A DNA stretch of 64,000 nucleotides from Phoronis australis (lineage: Eukaryota > Animalia > Phoronida): NCBI GenBank assembly GCA_002633005.1, contig NMRA01000001.1, positions 2,210,933-2,274,932 on the forward strand. Direction: 5' to 3'. This document shows positions 26,201-39,126 of this stretch, in pieces. The position numbers were made by a program, and so were the translations under genes. Positions within the stretch are counted from its first letter, which is position 1. Every line of letters begins with the position of its first letter. The notes under the pieces were generated by a model. It was not told where the DNA came from, did not search any database, and was given only the letters and a program-made list of their open reading frames with translations.

Positions 26201-29099
26201 ATCGCTTGTCAGGTTCAAATTCCTCCACTGCAAATGGTTTCTTTCGTCATTTGGTATTTTTCTATTTGTTTTAGGCGGCTAGATCAGTAGACTAAGGTCA
26301 AATCCATAGTTTGACTTTTGACTGGGAAATACATCTTCGCCACGTCTGTATTACTGCTTGAAGTCACGTGATGCTCACCAAATCCTTCGCCTAAAGAATC
26401 TCGACAGTTGGCAAGCGCGAAAAGCGAAGGCCGAGGAATAAATCAAGAATTCTAAGTTCGTTTCAGTGTAAACTTCTTTGATTTAGACAGTAGCACACTC
26501 GCTCTCTTCACTAATTAACTTCATCAGGGAAATAATTGTTTTTACAAAAGTCCGCAGCTCAAGCCTGTCACAAGTCGTGGCCCAAATGCGAGCCACGTGA
26601 CTAAACTAACATTTAGTTTGTCAGATAAGAAATAAATGAGAGTTAAGGTTTATTTTCAATTTTGTATTAAGTTTTTGAGCCAATTCCTGATTCGGTGCCT
26701 TAAATTAAATAGTATTGACTGAGATAAAGTAAGTAAAGGTTAAACCACTACCAAAAATTGGTGAACAAGCATGTTTATTGAACTGGCCGATAGGATTAAT
26801 TCATTCAAGTTCAGCCAATTTCCGATCTCACCACATTCACGCCAATACGTCGGTAATGTAAATTTTTTGTGAACATCACGGGAAAATGACCACAAGTTAC
26901 ATGTTTCAACAGAAAGTCTTAATTATACATGTAGTTGGCCAGTCAGTGAAATAGCGACCGCTTGAGTAGAAGTATGATCTCAGTTGATGCGTCATCCTTT
27001 TCCATTTTGTAAGAGGAGGAAGCTTGACAATGAGGTTCAAACTCGTGGACGAAACGTACGGGGTGGGGGTGTATATAGGGAAAGTATTTGGATTTTAAAG
27101 GAAACTGTCGAGACGATGGTGATGGCATTGGTCTGAGTTGCGACTGGGCAGATCAAGGAGTTTCTGACGTCAAAGATGAAAGATGGAAGACACGAGTCTA
27201 GTAGATGGAATGTGTCGTAAACCTATGTGCCCCCCTAACCAATGTCATAGTCAACTTCATCACTCAATGGCGTAAGAAACTGGCAAGGGGGGGGGAGGGG
27301 TGGGGTAGGGACTAGATGGCTATGAGAAACCGTTGAAAATGCAGGTCTCCCCCCCTTGAAGTATATTCAACGTACTAACAAGTTTTCAGCAGCAGAGGCG
27401 TCAATTTTTGAAAATTCTACACATTAATTCAGACCCCGTGAAAAAACGACACCGGATCATCTTACAAGGCGGAAAAACGACAGTTGAGGTCATTTTCAAG
27501 GGACCAAAATTTAATGCAACACCTACGGCGAGGTTTTTATTTAAATGTTGATTTTCTCGGAACCACACACTGGCATAAACAACCACTTTTACATGTTAGC
27601 GAAGACCGCAACTCCGACATACCGCCATAAACTTTTGCTGTTGACCATTCGTGTTATTTTCCGCGTTGTACACGATGACACGTGAAACATACAAGTGACA
27701 GCGAGTAAAATAAAGATTAATTCGAACATGTGTATTTTTGCACCCAAAATGGGTCGACAGTTGAGGTTTCAAATACCAAGCGCATATTCAAAACAAAAGA
27801 CATACCCTGGGTTGATACTAACCATGTGTTCCTATTCGTTAACAAATGTCCGCACAGAAGTGCAGGCTTAGGTCGAATTTCTAATTAAAACTTTGCGGAT
27901 TATATTTTAACGACGGGCGGGTTTAATAATTACATTTAAAATAAACAGTGGAATATAACACAGAGTCGTGAACAAACATAATCTGGTGACATGCACCCTT
28001 ATAATCTATTTAAGACGTGGACTGTCGCGAATTATCATTTCGATCAGTAGTACCTGACGCTTCAATCCTAATTGTTCGGAGGGGGACGGGGTTAGTGCAC
28101 ACGGCAGATGGCCATAAAATAATCAAATTTTCCATCCACTATATCCACCTAACGCGCACATTATTTATAACTAGCAGTACGTTCATCCTTTCATATTCGA
28201 TAAATTCCAAACATAACCACCGGCTGGTTGATGTAATATACACAAAATTGAAAACTTCAAAATAATGTGCTGGGTTATTTACTAAAAATAGCAATTATAT
28301 TGATTTTTTTAAATCAAACCTTGTGTTTGAAGGAGAAAACAGGAAAGCGTTATCAGTCTGTTTTACTGCTGATAGAATATCTTGTTTCGAAATTGGAAAA
28401 ATAAAATCTTATTCTTTTGGTTGTATTCGTGATAATTTCAAACATATATTAACAATGAAACGTGGGAGTAATCCGAACAACAGTTGCATAACAAGTGAAT
28501 TCTCTTTTGTAAGTACACTGAAATTTAATTCTATTTAGATTTTTGATGCACCGTGCAATTGTTTTAGAGCCGTTTGTTTAAACTAAAAAGCAACGGAATT
28601 TCAGTGTTATATGTCTCGGTTGTGTTTTTTGTCATGGCTCCCCTAGAACGTTAATTATTTTCAAATCATTTCAAAATTTGTTAAGTAAAGAACGTTGTAT
28701 GTTTACAGCAATTCAAACTCAAACAGATCTGAGAGCAAGTTCACGAGCGTAATACATCACATATGGCTGGTATTGTCGATAACACTAAAAGGAAAAGTTC
28801 ATGACTGAGCCATAAAGCGCATATGTAAACAAAAAACTTTATAACTGTCTTGCAGCGAAGAGCAATTAACTTTTTCATTTTGTTTAGATGTTAGGAAATA
28901 AAAGGCTTATAAACTTACTGGAAGACGATTCGGCATCTTTTATAGTCTGGTCCATAAGTTTAAGGCATAAAGACAATTTCTTTGTCTCTAGCTACTAGTA
29001 AATTCACAGCTTGATTTCAGACATTTGACTCTTGCTTGCTAAATGCTCGTGCAATTTTTGTGACTAATTTGACAAATGTTTAGAACAGAAATGTTCATA

Positions 29100-29875
29100 C
29101 AAGGTGAGCGTACTTCAGTCACTATCGTGGATGTTTGTTTTTTTACAGCCCACGTCCGAACTGTTGCAGGAAATCTTGAATAGAAAATTAGGTGGCGTGG
29201 ATTTTGCCGAATTGCAAGTTTTATCCTCGTCTCGGTCATTCGTTGATGTATCGATTCGAAAAAGCCATTCTTTCACACACCATTTAATACAACTCATGTA
29301 GGACAGTGCACTTTTTATTCAGAAATCTATTTTGATTTTTGAGACTGCCAGCAGCAATGTCGCTGGACAAAAATTATCGACCTGACAAACCGTATCAGCA
29401 ACAAATCATTGGTCAATGAATTCATCAGAACAGATCCTACGATGATACCAGTGTCAATATCTGTCGAGTATTAGGTGATTGGACGATTCGCCACATTTGT
29501 ATCTAATGCAGCAGAATGCTGTTGCAATCAGAAATACGTCTATTACTTCAGTTGGATTGCTCGCTTACTGTATCCCTCGCCTCTCCTTGACAGTGCCCTG
29601 TTTACCGCTGATAGATGGAACACCATCTAACCAAATAGCGGAGATCTTAAATCGTGCGTTTCTTACCGTAACACGACCCGTGTAATGAGACGCGGTATCA
29701 AAAGACCACTTGAACTTATGCATTTCCCTAAGCCTATCCACTTTTCAGTAGCATCTTGAAAATTGTAGCATCGTTCTCCGGTAATTTTGAAACGCCTTTT
29801 GATGTTAGTTTCAATAATTGTAAACGTCATTCTTCGACAGGTGACTTTTTGCCTGACTGAAAGTCTGGGCTAGGA
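29100..29875 (+). pseudogene. Degraded non-LTR retrotransposon (CR1/L2-like) ORF2 fragment
   Basis: NQIAEILNRAFLTVT (about 29630-29675) and IIVNVILRQVTF..PD*KSG (about 29814-29870) resemble the pre-RT motifs (AxxxNxxF; IFNxSLxxGxFPxxWKxA). A KP-F-T-like segment lies near 29262. Stops and frameshifts are present. Confidence 0.4.
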
Positions 29876-32800
29876 CACGTTTGTCCATAATTAGTGACAT
29901 TTTCAAAAACGTACGAAACGTATGCAGAGAGGGACGGCCCGACAGCCGGCATACGCTTTTGAAATTTTCTAAAACGCCTCTGTAAATCGTCTATTTGGGG
30001 AGAGGAAATTTATCATTTTTGGAAGTTACATTTAGCGGTGAATAATCAAGGTGTATGCCACTAGAATTTGTCTCTTAACATTGAAAACCTCTTAAGCTCA
30101 GAATAAGTAACTTTTTGTCCTAAAAATGAATCAGTAGCACACTCGTGTAGTTCATATTCAATGTACTCAGCTTTGAACGACGACTAGCGCGTAGCCTACT
30201 GATGTAACCGATCAAATCTTGGAAAGTTCATATCTAATGAATAGTGGTGAAGCGCCTATTAATTTGAATTCCCTTTACATTGGCCGGCAGATGAAGCAAT
30301 AGTTACAACTTACTATTAGCTATTACCAATGAAAATGTGTTAGAGTTACTTGTAGTTTATTATACTCTTGATCCAGTCTTGCAATAAAATCAACGTCAGC
30401 ATCTAGAGATAAACATCGCATCTAATTAAGTGTGCGGAAAATCCAAATCACGAAATGCTGTCGAACACGCAAGCTTTTACATTCCCACCTACGAGCAGCG
30501 AAACGCACCGACCGATGCTAAACAATGTTTGCGACACCATAATTAGCAGGTTCGACGGCAGTAGGGCACTAGGCCATTTTCCTTTGAAGTCTTGAGCATA
30601 TTTCGAGGTTTGTCAGTACATCTGTTTTTTAGAATGCTGTTTGCAACGATAGACTGAGAATGAATCTCAAAAAATTCGTCATTAGTATCTCATGTAAATC
30701 CTCCAGCCACGCTGTGAACCCGTGTTGGCTTATGATTGATAGAAAAAAGAATGAGTTTCAGGTAAAAGTAACTTTTGTTTACGTTAAATAGAATGTTCAT
30801 TAAGAAGACCCAAAAGGTTGTTAAACACGGAGTGTAGCCTATGCACCAATTGTTCAATATTTGCTATACATATTATTTCAATAATATTCAGGGTTTATAT
30901 GATCAGAAAGATGATCTATGCAGTTTAATATTACACTCGTTTTTTCATAGTATTGTTCTCTTTTGATATTCTTGTAATTTTAAATTGTGCATTTTTACTA
31001 CATATTTTTTAACAATGGTGATAATGCAAATTTGGGACAAAGCTGTAGTTGGAAAAATCAAAGTGCAGAAAAGTCACATCTTATGATATCAAAAATTGTT
31101 GTAAAAATGACCGAAAAGCAATTTATTAAAAATCCAGATATGTATATACCGTACTGCAATGCAATGCCAGTTTTTATTGTCCTTGTCTTACTTTGAATTC
31201 CTAGAGATTACGTATGCTTGAAAAACAAAAAAGTTCAAGGTGATTTTTCTGAAAATTTGGTTGTTTTAACTTCAGAGTTGATTCGATTTTTCTATTAAAA
31301 TCATAATGAGAATGCGAATACCAGCGTTTTCAAAAGCGTTTTCCGTCCGTCGTCAATGATTTCTGAAACCTTTTAAAGCTTATTTACACTGTCGTCTCAT
31401 TCTAATAAATGACGCAGCTAATATTTCCGCTTTAGCTGGAACATTAACGCAAACAAATTTAACCGAAACTTATTTCAAATGATCCTCTTTAGTATATCAT
31501 CTGCCATTTTTTAAATCAATAGAACTTATTATACATTTTAAGTTTAATCCTTGAAATTCGGGTTAGTGCGCAACAAAATTATTCGGGCAAAATTGAACGT
31601 CACGAGCTTCATTTTTAATTTAGAAACAAAAAATGATGTTTAAACTGGCAAATACATGCAAAGCTGTAATTTTCAACATGTTTCTTTGACAGTTATCAAT
31701 TTATTAAGACATACACAATAACATAATACTACAAAATTTGCAACATGTTCATATTTTAGCGATATCGCGCTCGCCTCGTCTTCAAAAACAAAAAAGAACA
31801 AAAGTGTCTTTAAATAGAAAAATCGAAAACTACGAAAATTTTCTTGTCTTGTGGCCATAATATGTTGCTACCAAAGGGACTGGGACATCCCTCAACAGAT
31901 CATTACATGTCCCAACAGAGGGCAGTGGCGACAAGAGAGTTGGTATTTTCCCTTGGAATTTTATATAATCATCTCCGAAATGAGAGCTAACAAGCTTTTC
32001 AGCTGAAAGAAAATTTTTATTGACAAGCGCGACATTGTATTGGGAATGAAAATTGTGATATCTATTAGCATATTAGTTTAAGTGGAATGTGAGATATGCC
32101 AATCCTCATGGTCGGCGACTCTTTGACCTTATCTTTGCACACGTAAACTTTGTGAACACCTTCATAGCGTAAGTAGAACAATTGAAAACAATGTACCATA
32201 AAAACAAAGATAATTGAAATATTTATTTACGTATTGCGACACACATAGAGAGTCGAGACTCCCCTAGATGAAAAGTCCTAAAACTTCAGATATGAAAAAG
32301 CCACCACTGCCGGAGTATCCTTTGGCAGAAATTTGTATTCATAGCCTAACCTCCATTGTTGAAAACTTATTTCTAATATTTTGATATGTAGTCTTTTTAA
32401 TAAAAAACAAATACAAAACGAAACTCTACTATACAAAATAGTTTCAAAAATCCACCCTTTTCTAGAATTTCAAACCTTTATGGTCAACCTCATAAATTGT
32501 ATTTTGTCTTACGAAAAGGCGCGGCCATTTTCCGTTGGGCACTGGTCGTATAAACTCACCTGTAATTCATCGTCATAAGTACCCACTGGGATTCAAAGCT
32601 TGATTACCCCATGCTGATTATAATGGAAACTTAGCCAGATGTTATTTTATTATATCAAACCCGGAAATCACTGCTCATCTAATTAACTTACAAGGACAAT
32701 CTCCTGTAAGTAACTTACAAGTGGAGACCAAATTTGTAGCGGTAAGTGGTCTAAACCAAAAGTTCACTTCATGGACGGGAAGCAGATTTATTTCGACGAC

Positions 32801-34443
32801 AATAAAAGTTCACTTGAGCGCCTTATTGGGTACTAAATAAGTCAATACGGACCGCACTTCATGAATCCTGAAGGTGCCTACCTAGCATGAACTGAACCTG
32901 TAAATAGACAAATGCACTTCGGTGGTTTTGGCTAATATTCACTTGATTAATTTGTTTGTCCATCGAAACATTCTTGTTCTTCGCCAATAACTGTGTGAGT
33001 GGGTCTATCGAGTTCACACCGACCCACAAACAATGTCAGCTGTGCCTATCACCGTAACCATAAATCATGCCGACAACGCGTCTCATCCTGAAACGCGGAT
33101 GGAGTTGGTATAAAGCACTTGAGCTCTCCGCAGCACCGTGCCACTAATTACGAGCAATTCGGAGACGAATAATTCACGCGTTTATACAATCCCTAACCGG
33201 TAACCGACACATCCACGACGATAGTTTTACGGGAAAGTGTTGGGCAGATCGCATCTTGAAGACATCAAAAGCCGTGTTGTATTGCTTTTCAAAGCTGGGA
33301 TATCTTCACAATCTTATTAAATACGCATCAGCAGTATTTTACAGCAATTTACAGAATGTCTGCAGCATACGTGTTAGTGTTTACAAGGCGACTTCGATTG
33401 TGAAAAATGAACAAAACTCACGTTTTCAGAACGATAATGAGATTTCCAAGCGCAGTTAAACGTGATGTGTACCTAACTTGAAAAAGAGTGAACCAAACAA
33501 TTTCAACATCAAAGTTGAACAGCGTTAAGACCACATAAAATAACGCGCAAAATTTCAAACAAACACGATCACGCAACAGTCTCTTCTCGTAAAACAAAAC
33601 CCGTCCGTGTCTATGCACACCTGAGTACATAAAGCACAGACGAAAAAAATCGAGCAATCCTATCGGCACGCTAATTGCAAAAATCCACAAAAATTCGGAA
33701 GAGATTACGAAAAAACGTGCAACCCACGTTTTCGTTTTGGTGCCGGGTTGTGGGTGTTCTTGAAAGCCTGCCATTACTCACGAAACTGAGAAGTAAATGT
33801 GATGAAATATTTTTTCTTGTTACAAGAAGTGAAAACGTTTGACATAAGAGACTTGAGAAAATTTGATTTATTGTGCAGTCATCAGTGAGCAGACATCCAC
33901 AGTCTCATAGCTGAGTAGCAGCAATGTCTTGAACAATAGTTGAAATGAAAAAGCTACGTCAGTATTTAAAGTCAAATCTGAAAAGTTGTGTAATAATTTC
34001 AAAATGAAACGCGAAAATTTTCACGAAAACAGTAAATCTTCCTCAATGTTTCTGAATTAACGAAACCGCATCTACGTTCATGTACATACTACAAAAAGCG
34101 GAAAACGTGAAGTCCTGCAATCGAACGTGACTTGTGATCTGTTGTGATGTCTGACCATTTTAAAACAAATTCTAATTCTCAACTCAGGCACAAAAGCGCA
34201 CAAAAATGGAAAAGGGCTAGGAGCGCACTTGTCGAAAACGTCACGTCACCCTGTAAGGTTCAAGTCGGGCTGCCCTCAACAGTCACCAGGTGGCGAGACC
34301 GTCTCGTTAGTGTTTGTCCTGACTGATCCAAGAAAACAGTTGGCTTGCTAAGTAAATGCCAATTCGCGGCGACATCTTTTGTCATTTCAAATAACTTCTA
34401 AACTCAGCAAGGCAATTGAGTCATTCAACATCAACAAATTTAT

Positions 34444-34449
34444 TTTATT
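34444..34449 (-). terminator. Candidate polyA signal of the TMEM229B-like gene (about 3.1-kb 3'UTR)
   Basis: tttatt on + reads AATAAA on -. It lies at the point where CpG-poor sequence switches back to CpG-containing sequence. Confidence 0.4.
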
Positions 34450-35299
34450 AGCTTATTCTAATCTGAATACATATCGGATAAGATGAATAACACTACTCTT
34501 AATAAGAGTTAAAAATTTCAACAACACCAAGTCTACTATTTTCATCAATAACAACAACAAACCAGTAAAATAAATCTAAATTCACTTTGGTCATACTGTG
34601 GGATGTAACAACTGGGCTATACCAACACTGTGCAAGGCAAGACAGGTTAAAAACCAATGGGAGGATTGTGTAGATATGAGTAAAACTGGGATTTTTACAT
34701 TTTTTGTCAGTATCTGACTACAGGGGGATTTGAAAAAATGTGGTAATGATAATCACAGTTTAAGCATGAGGACTCAAAAACTGTGTAACAAAATTGTAAC
34801 CTGAAAGGTGATTCAGAAGTTGCACTAAGTCACCAAACAGAAAACAGTATCTACACAATTACAGAAAACTGGCTTTCAAATCCTCTTCAATAAAGTGTAG
34901 AACGAGAATTTTCTAAAGCGCACGATTTGACAACTTCTGACATTTGGATGAAACCATATAAACCATCATAGCTAAGTTGCAAAATGACAGAATGAGTTGA
35001 CAGGATATACAAAATTGACTGCTTTGTCATTTGTCAGGTTCCTGTAATACAAACAATGTAGCTTAAATGTCTGCATTTTCTGTGAGAAATGCACAATAAA
35101 TAAGATTTAATCAGAAGAATACTACTAAAAGCAAGCCTTGGTCCTAAATACAATTTACATAAAATGCACCTTTGTGAGACTTAAAAAGTTTGCATTGTAA
35201 ACGTATATCACAGAAAATAAACTAAACAACATAACAAACCACACGGCTAAAATAAGTTAGGTAACATGAGAGCTGGGTTGCAGGGTGTCCCAGGACACA

Positions 35300-35542
35300 C
35301 AGTAAAATCTCACCAATTTAGAACACAATATGGTCCACAAGCGAAATTTATATTTTTTCACTTATTGAAAAAAGACAAGTATCACCAAATAAAGGCTGTG
35401 TCGCTTCCAAAGATCTATACAATAGCTACGATAAGAGAATGATTCTGAGAAATTGTAGGCTTTCATAGCAATGTTAGACGCCTTTGAAAAACAAAAAAGG
35501 ATAATTTGATAATTATTTTAGTCCGAAATTGGTGACAATTTA
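35300..35542. mobile_element. ~240-bp Tc1/pogo-like MITE
   Basis: Ends cagtaaaatctcaccaattt / gtccgaaattggtgacaattta. A collinear paralog lies at 40914-41152. Confidence 0.65.
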
Positions 35543-35636
35543 ACATATCTAGAGACAAAGTGTACCAATGTGGTTGCGCATTCAAAACTAAAACTCAACC
35601 AAGACAATTCAGGGGATTTAACTGAGGGCACTGCTG

Positions 35637-36000
35637 TTGTTTTTCAAATGCATTGTGGCTAGGCTGTCTGCTCGTGAACAACTAGTGACATCACAGATAA
35701 CTGATTTATAATTCGCGCTCCAGGCAGTGAATTTTGACTTCGTTGTGACTGGATGTGGCGTACCTCAGTATAATCATTCAATGCATTTTGAGGTTCCCTG
35801 TCAATCTTTTATTTTCCTATGATGGTTTCTTTGTCGTACTCACACCAAAAAGCATGTTGTAGTTGACCCGTGTCTTCATTTCCGGCAAAGGCAAGTGTCA
35901 ATCGTTATTTGCTATCATTTTGTTTTCATGTCACCACGTTATCTGAGACATCACCAGATGTTTACGAGCCAACAGTCGTCCCACAATGCGTTTAAAAAAC
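35637..36000. mobile_element. ~365-bp foldback element with ~60-bp diverged inverted arms
   Basis: ttttcaaatgcattgtgg...gctcgtgaacaactagtgacatcacagataac vs gttatctgagacatcaccagatgtttacgagc...ccacaatgcgtttaaaa. Confidence 0.55.
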
Positions 36001-37579
36001 ATCAGCTAAGCGTTTAGAAAAAATTCTGCGATTTACTTAATACAAAAATTTACACATCAGCTGAAAGACATCAGTGTGGTAAAACTTCTTCAGTTAGGGG
36101 CCAAAATACAGCAGCTAATTGGAATTGACTTAAAACTTAAGCAAACTTAAATAATGTCTATTAAACAAGATCTGTAAGGTGTACAACTGTCACTAAACAA
36201 CATTTGGAAAATTTCTCAACATTTGCAGCTATGCAATATGCTTTTAAAAATGTAACTTTAACCATTGCATTTGTCCCTCTTTGAATATTTTTTAGCACAC
36301 TATGTTTCAACGACAAATCCTCCATTAAGCAAACACAGTCAGACTGTAGCACATATAAATGCAAATTAGATTACTACACCCAAACTTTTTGACAAATGGT
36401 CATACTGATATTCTTCACAGCTTCAACTGGTATATTTTACATGGAATGACTATTATACACGAGCAGGTAACTGATTCATCCACAAGCTCCTGTGACAGCA
36501 TCAGGAAGACATCAGTTTATTGCCGACAACAATAGCAAAGTTTGCTTCAAAGTCCAGGGGAGCTCTTCCAAAATGTAGGGGGGTGCTGTCATGCATTATG
36601 AGTACACGCAGATGCAATACTAAGGGGAACATTAAAATGAGTAACTGAGACAATACTGAGTGTTGAAAAATCACAATGACGCAATACAAAGCCAACAAAA
36701 AATCCCACGAGTCAATTTTAACACCAAATGCCTCCCTCCTATGGTTCCCCAAAGCTGAAGTAACTACCCGAGACGTTACTAAAAACCAAATTAACTAGCC
36801 AACACAATGCTAAAATCAACTTACTCAAAATGATTCCAAAGCCAATTTCAACACTCAAGATACCTGAATGCGTAATACCCACCCTGACAAAACTTGAGAC
36901 ATGAACCGGGTGGCACATGCCAACCAACCCCTTGTGTGAGAGCCCCGAGTCTCAAAGCAATCCTGTGCGTGTGAACACTTATCAGTCAAGAACAACCATG
37001 ACAAACCCATCATTTGTTCAAATGCTGCACCTGTATTCCCTGTTTACTAATATACTAATAGGCCAATGTTAAGTTGCTAATGCTGTTTTGTAATACTGTG
37101 AGACACAAAAGAAGATTATAGCCAATAAAAATACAATTACATCGACCGTGTGGCAACTGGAAGCTCATGACAATAGTGTTCCATGTACTTAACACAATAT
37201 TGTACAATTCAGCTGTAACCAAACATGAAAAAATATGCACAACAAGTAAAAGAGCAGACCTATAATTCGACAACTGCCTGCCAGCCTACAATGCAGATTT
37301 CGTGTACAATACGCCCGTCTTCCATGAGATAGTTTTTCAAAATCACACATTTCTTTTGTGACCGTTACTTGACGGAATGATTTTGCACTGTTTCTGGTCA
37401 ATTCTAACCTTGATTGGGAATGCAGTACTCAGTGAAAAAAGAACCGCATTCTTGAGAAAGGAACAATCATGTGGTTCGTGAGAGAGAGATTAGCTGACAT
37501 AAGTACTAGCTAATCTCTATACTGGCGTTAAGCAAGTATTTTCGAAAATTCCAACAAAATTATTACAGGAATTCACCAG

Positions 37580-38164
37580 CTAGTCATCTTTGCAATGAAC
37601 CTCTCCAGTTCCTACCAAACCATCCCCTGTCGGGCCAGCATGGTTTTTCTGCCGCACATAGCCATTTTTCTCAACGAATCCTGGCACTTGACTTGTGGCT
37701 CCATCTACTGGCATTACCTCCACATGATTTGGCCCCCAGTGTAACTGTTGTGTGTATCGTATTAGAATCTGCTCAACAGCTATATTGCCAAAGAACCAGA
37801 ATGGAAGATACTCCAGCGTTATCAATCCCATAAAGTCATTCTCAAATGGTGTATAGTCCCAGGGACATGCCCCCAAGTGTCTCAGCAAGTAACCAGTCGA
37901 GAACTCCCATGAGTATGTTATACATGTATAGATGGCTGCACGCACTAGTATGTTCACTCTGTCCTTCAATAAGAAATACAATCTTTCAATAAACAGCGTG
38001 CACATTCCATAGATGAAGAGACTCCAGACACTTGTGTTGCCGGGAAACTTGAAGTTGAAGTTGACGACGAACTCCCACGCAGCCGTGAACATGACTTCAG
38101 TAACGTAACCGTGGATGGCATAAATGTAGAACCGATGCATCGTGCTCAGTGGAAGTGTCGTCAT
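37580..38164 (-). CDS. TMEM229B: Transmembrane protein 229B-like, 194 aa, single coding exon
   Basis: RFYIYAIHGYVTEVMFTAAWEFVVNFNFKFPGNTSVWSLFIYG...WEFSTGYLLRHLGACPWDYTPFENDFMGLITLEY.PFWF matches the TMEM229B family signature. Good start context (ttcaccATGa). A splice acceptor (ttttatgacatttcag, AG at 38194-38193) lies 28 nt upstream of the ATG. Confidence 0.92.
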   Translation of the reverse strand: MTTLPLSTMHRFYIYAIHGYVTEVMFTAAWEFVVNFNFKFPGNTSVWSLFIYGMCTLFIERLYFLLKDRVNILVRAAIYTCITYSWEFSTGYLLRHLGACPWDYTPFENDFMGLITLEYLPFWFFGNIAVEQILIRYTQQLHWGPNHVEVMPVDGATSQVPGFVEKNGYVRQKNHAGPTGDGLVGTGEVHCKDD

Positions 38165-38877
38165 GGTGAAACTGTTAACCTGTGGACTCGTCCTGAAATG
38201 TCATAAAAGATAGGAAGATTAATTTTGATACCTCAGTGTGGTATGCAAATATTGCTCAACTGCCTGTGACCTGCAGGAGCTAGAGGACCCGCAACACTAA
38301 GTCAATGAAAACAAATCAGCTGCCAAGTTTAAAGTGTTTATTGTCTACACAATGTTAAAAGCTGGAGAAAGCCAATCACAACCAAATTCTAATTAAAGGT
38401 ACTACTACCGATTCTTTTCAATAAAATCCTATACAAATCAAAGCTAATTCAATCAAACTGTATCCCCAAATGTATTTCTTTCAACATGCTATAGATCTAT
38501 TCTGCACAAAATAAATAGTATACAACTTTTAAATTTTTAATTTCTAATCTGTTGAATGACACCAAGTTTCATCTTTATGACATCAGAAAAAACGACGCAA
38601 CAGAAACTCAGATACACGCAGAGTTGTAATTTCCAAATATTCCTGTTTCAAATTTTTGCATATTTTAGTTTTTATCTTTCGACTGAAAAGGGTCATCTTG
38701 TATTCTAAATTTGTAAAGAAAAAAGAGTGTCGATCATAGTCACTTACAGGGTCCCGCACTTTTTGAACTAGACTGTTTCTCCACTGAATAACTGGAAACA
38801 AATTTGTTCTCAAAATGTGGGACCACTGCAAGCTACTATTTCCAAGAGTGTCTCAAGTATTCAGGTTGTTCTAAAGT

Positions 38878-39126
38878 TGCTTTCCCATTAGATGCGAAAC
38901 TTCGCTTTTACCGAAGTTTCGGTAAGTGGGACAGATCAACTCTGGAAGTTAATCTACAAGGAAACCTTCACTGAAAATAGTAGAACTTAAAAGTGAAGCT
39001 TAGGTACTCACGGTGTAGTGGGAAAGGTCAGAGTGAAACTTTGCCGAAGTTATTGGTATAGATCGGGCAACGATATACTTACAGAAACTTTGCTAAAAGC
39101 GAAGCTTCGCCTCTAGTGGGAAAGCA
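38878..39126. mobile_element. ~250-bp MITE with ~50-bp TIRs (Harbinger-like)
   Basis: tgctttcccattagatgcgaaacttcgcttttaccgaagtttcggtaagt / acttacagaaactttgctaaaagcgaagcttcgcctctagtgggaaagca. Confidence 0.7.

Noticed and set aside
27030-27240. Possible RTE-like LINE 3' end or small exon
   Set aside because: Only a vague resemblance (cctatgtgcccc) with no sustained frame, too weak to call.
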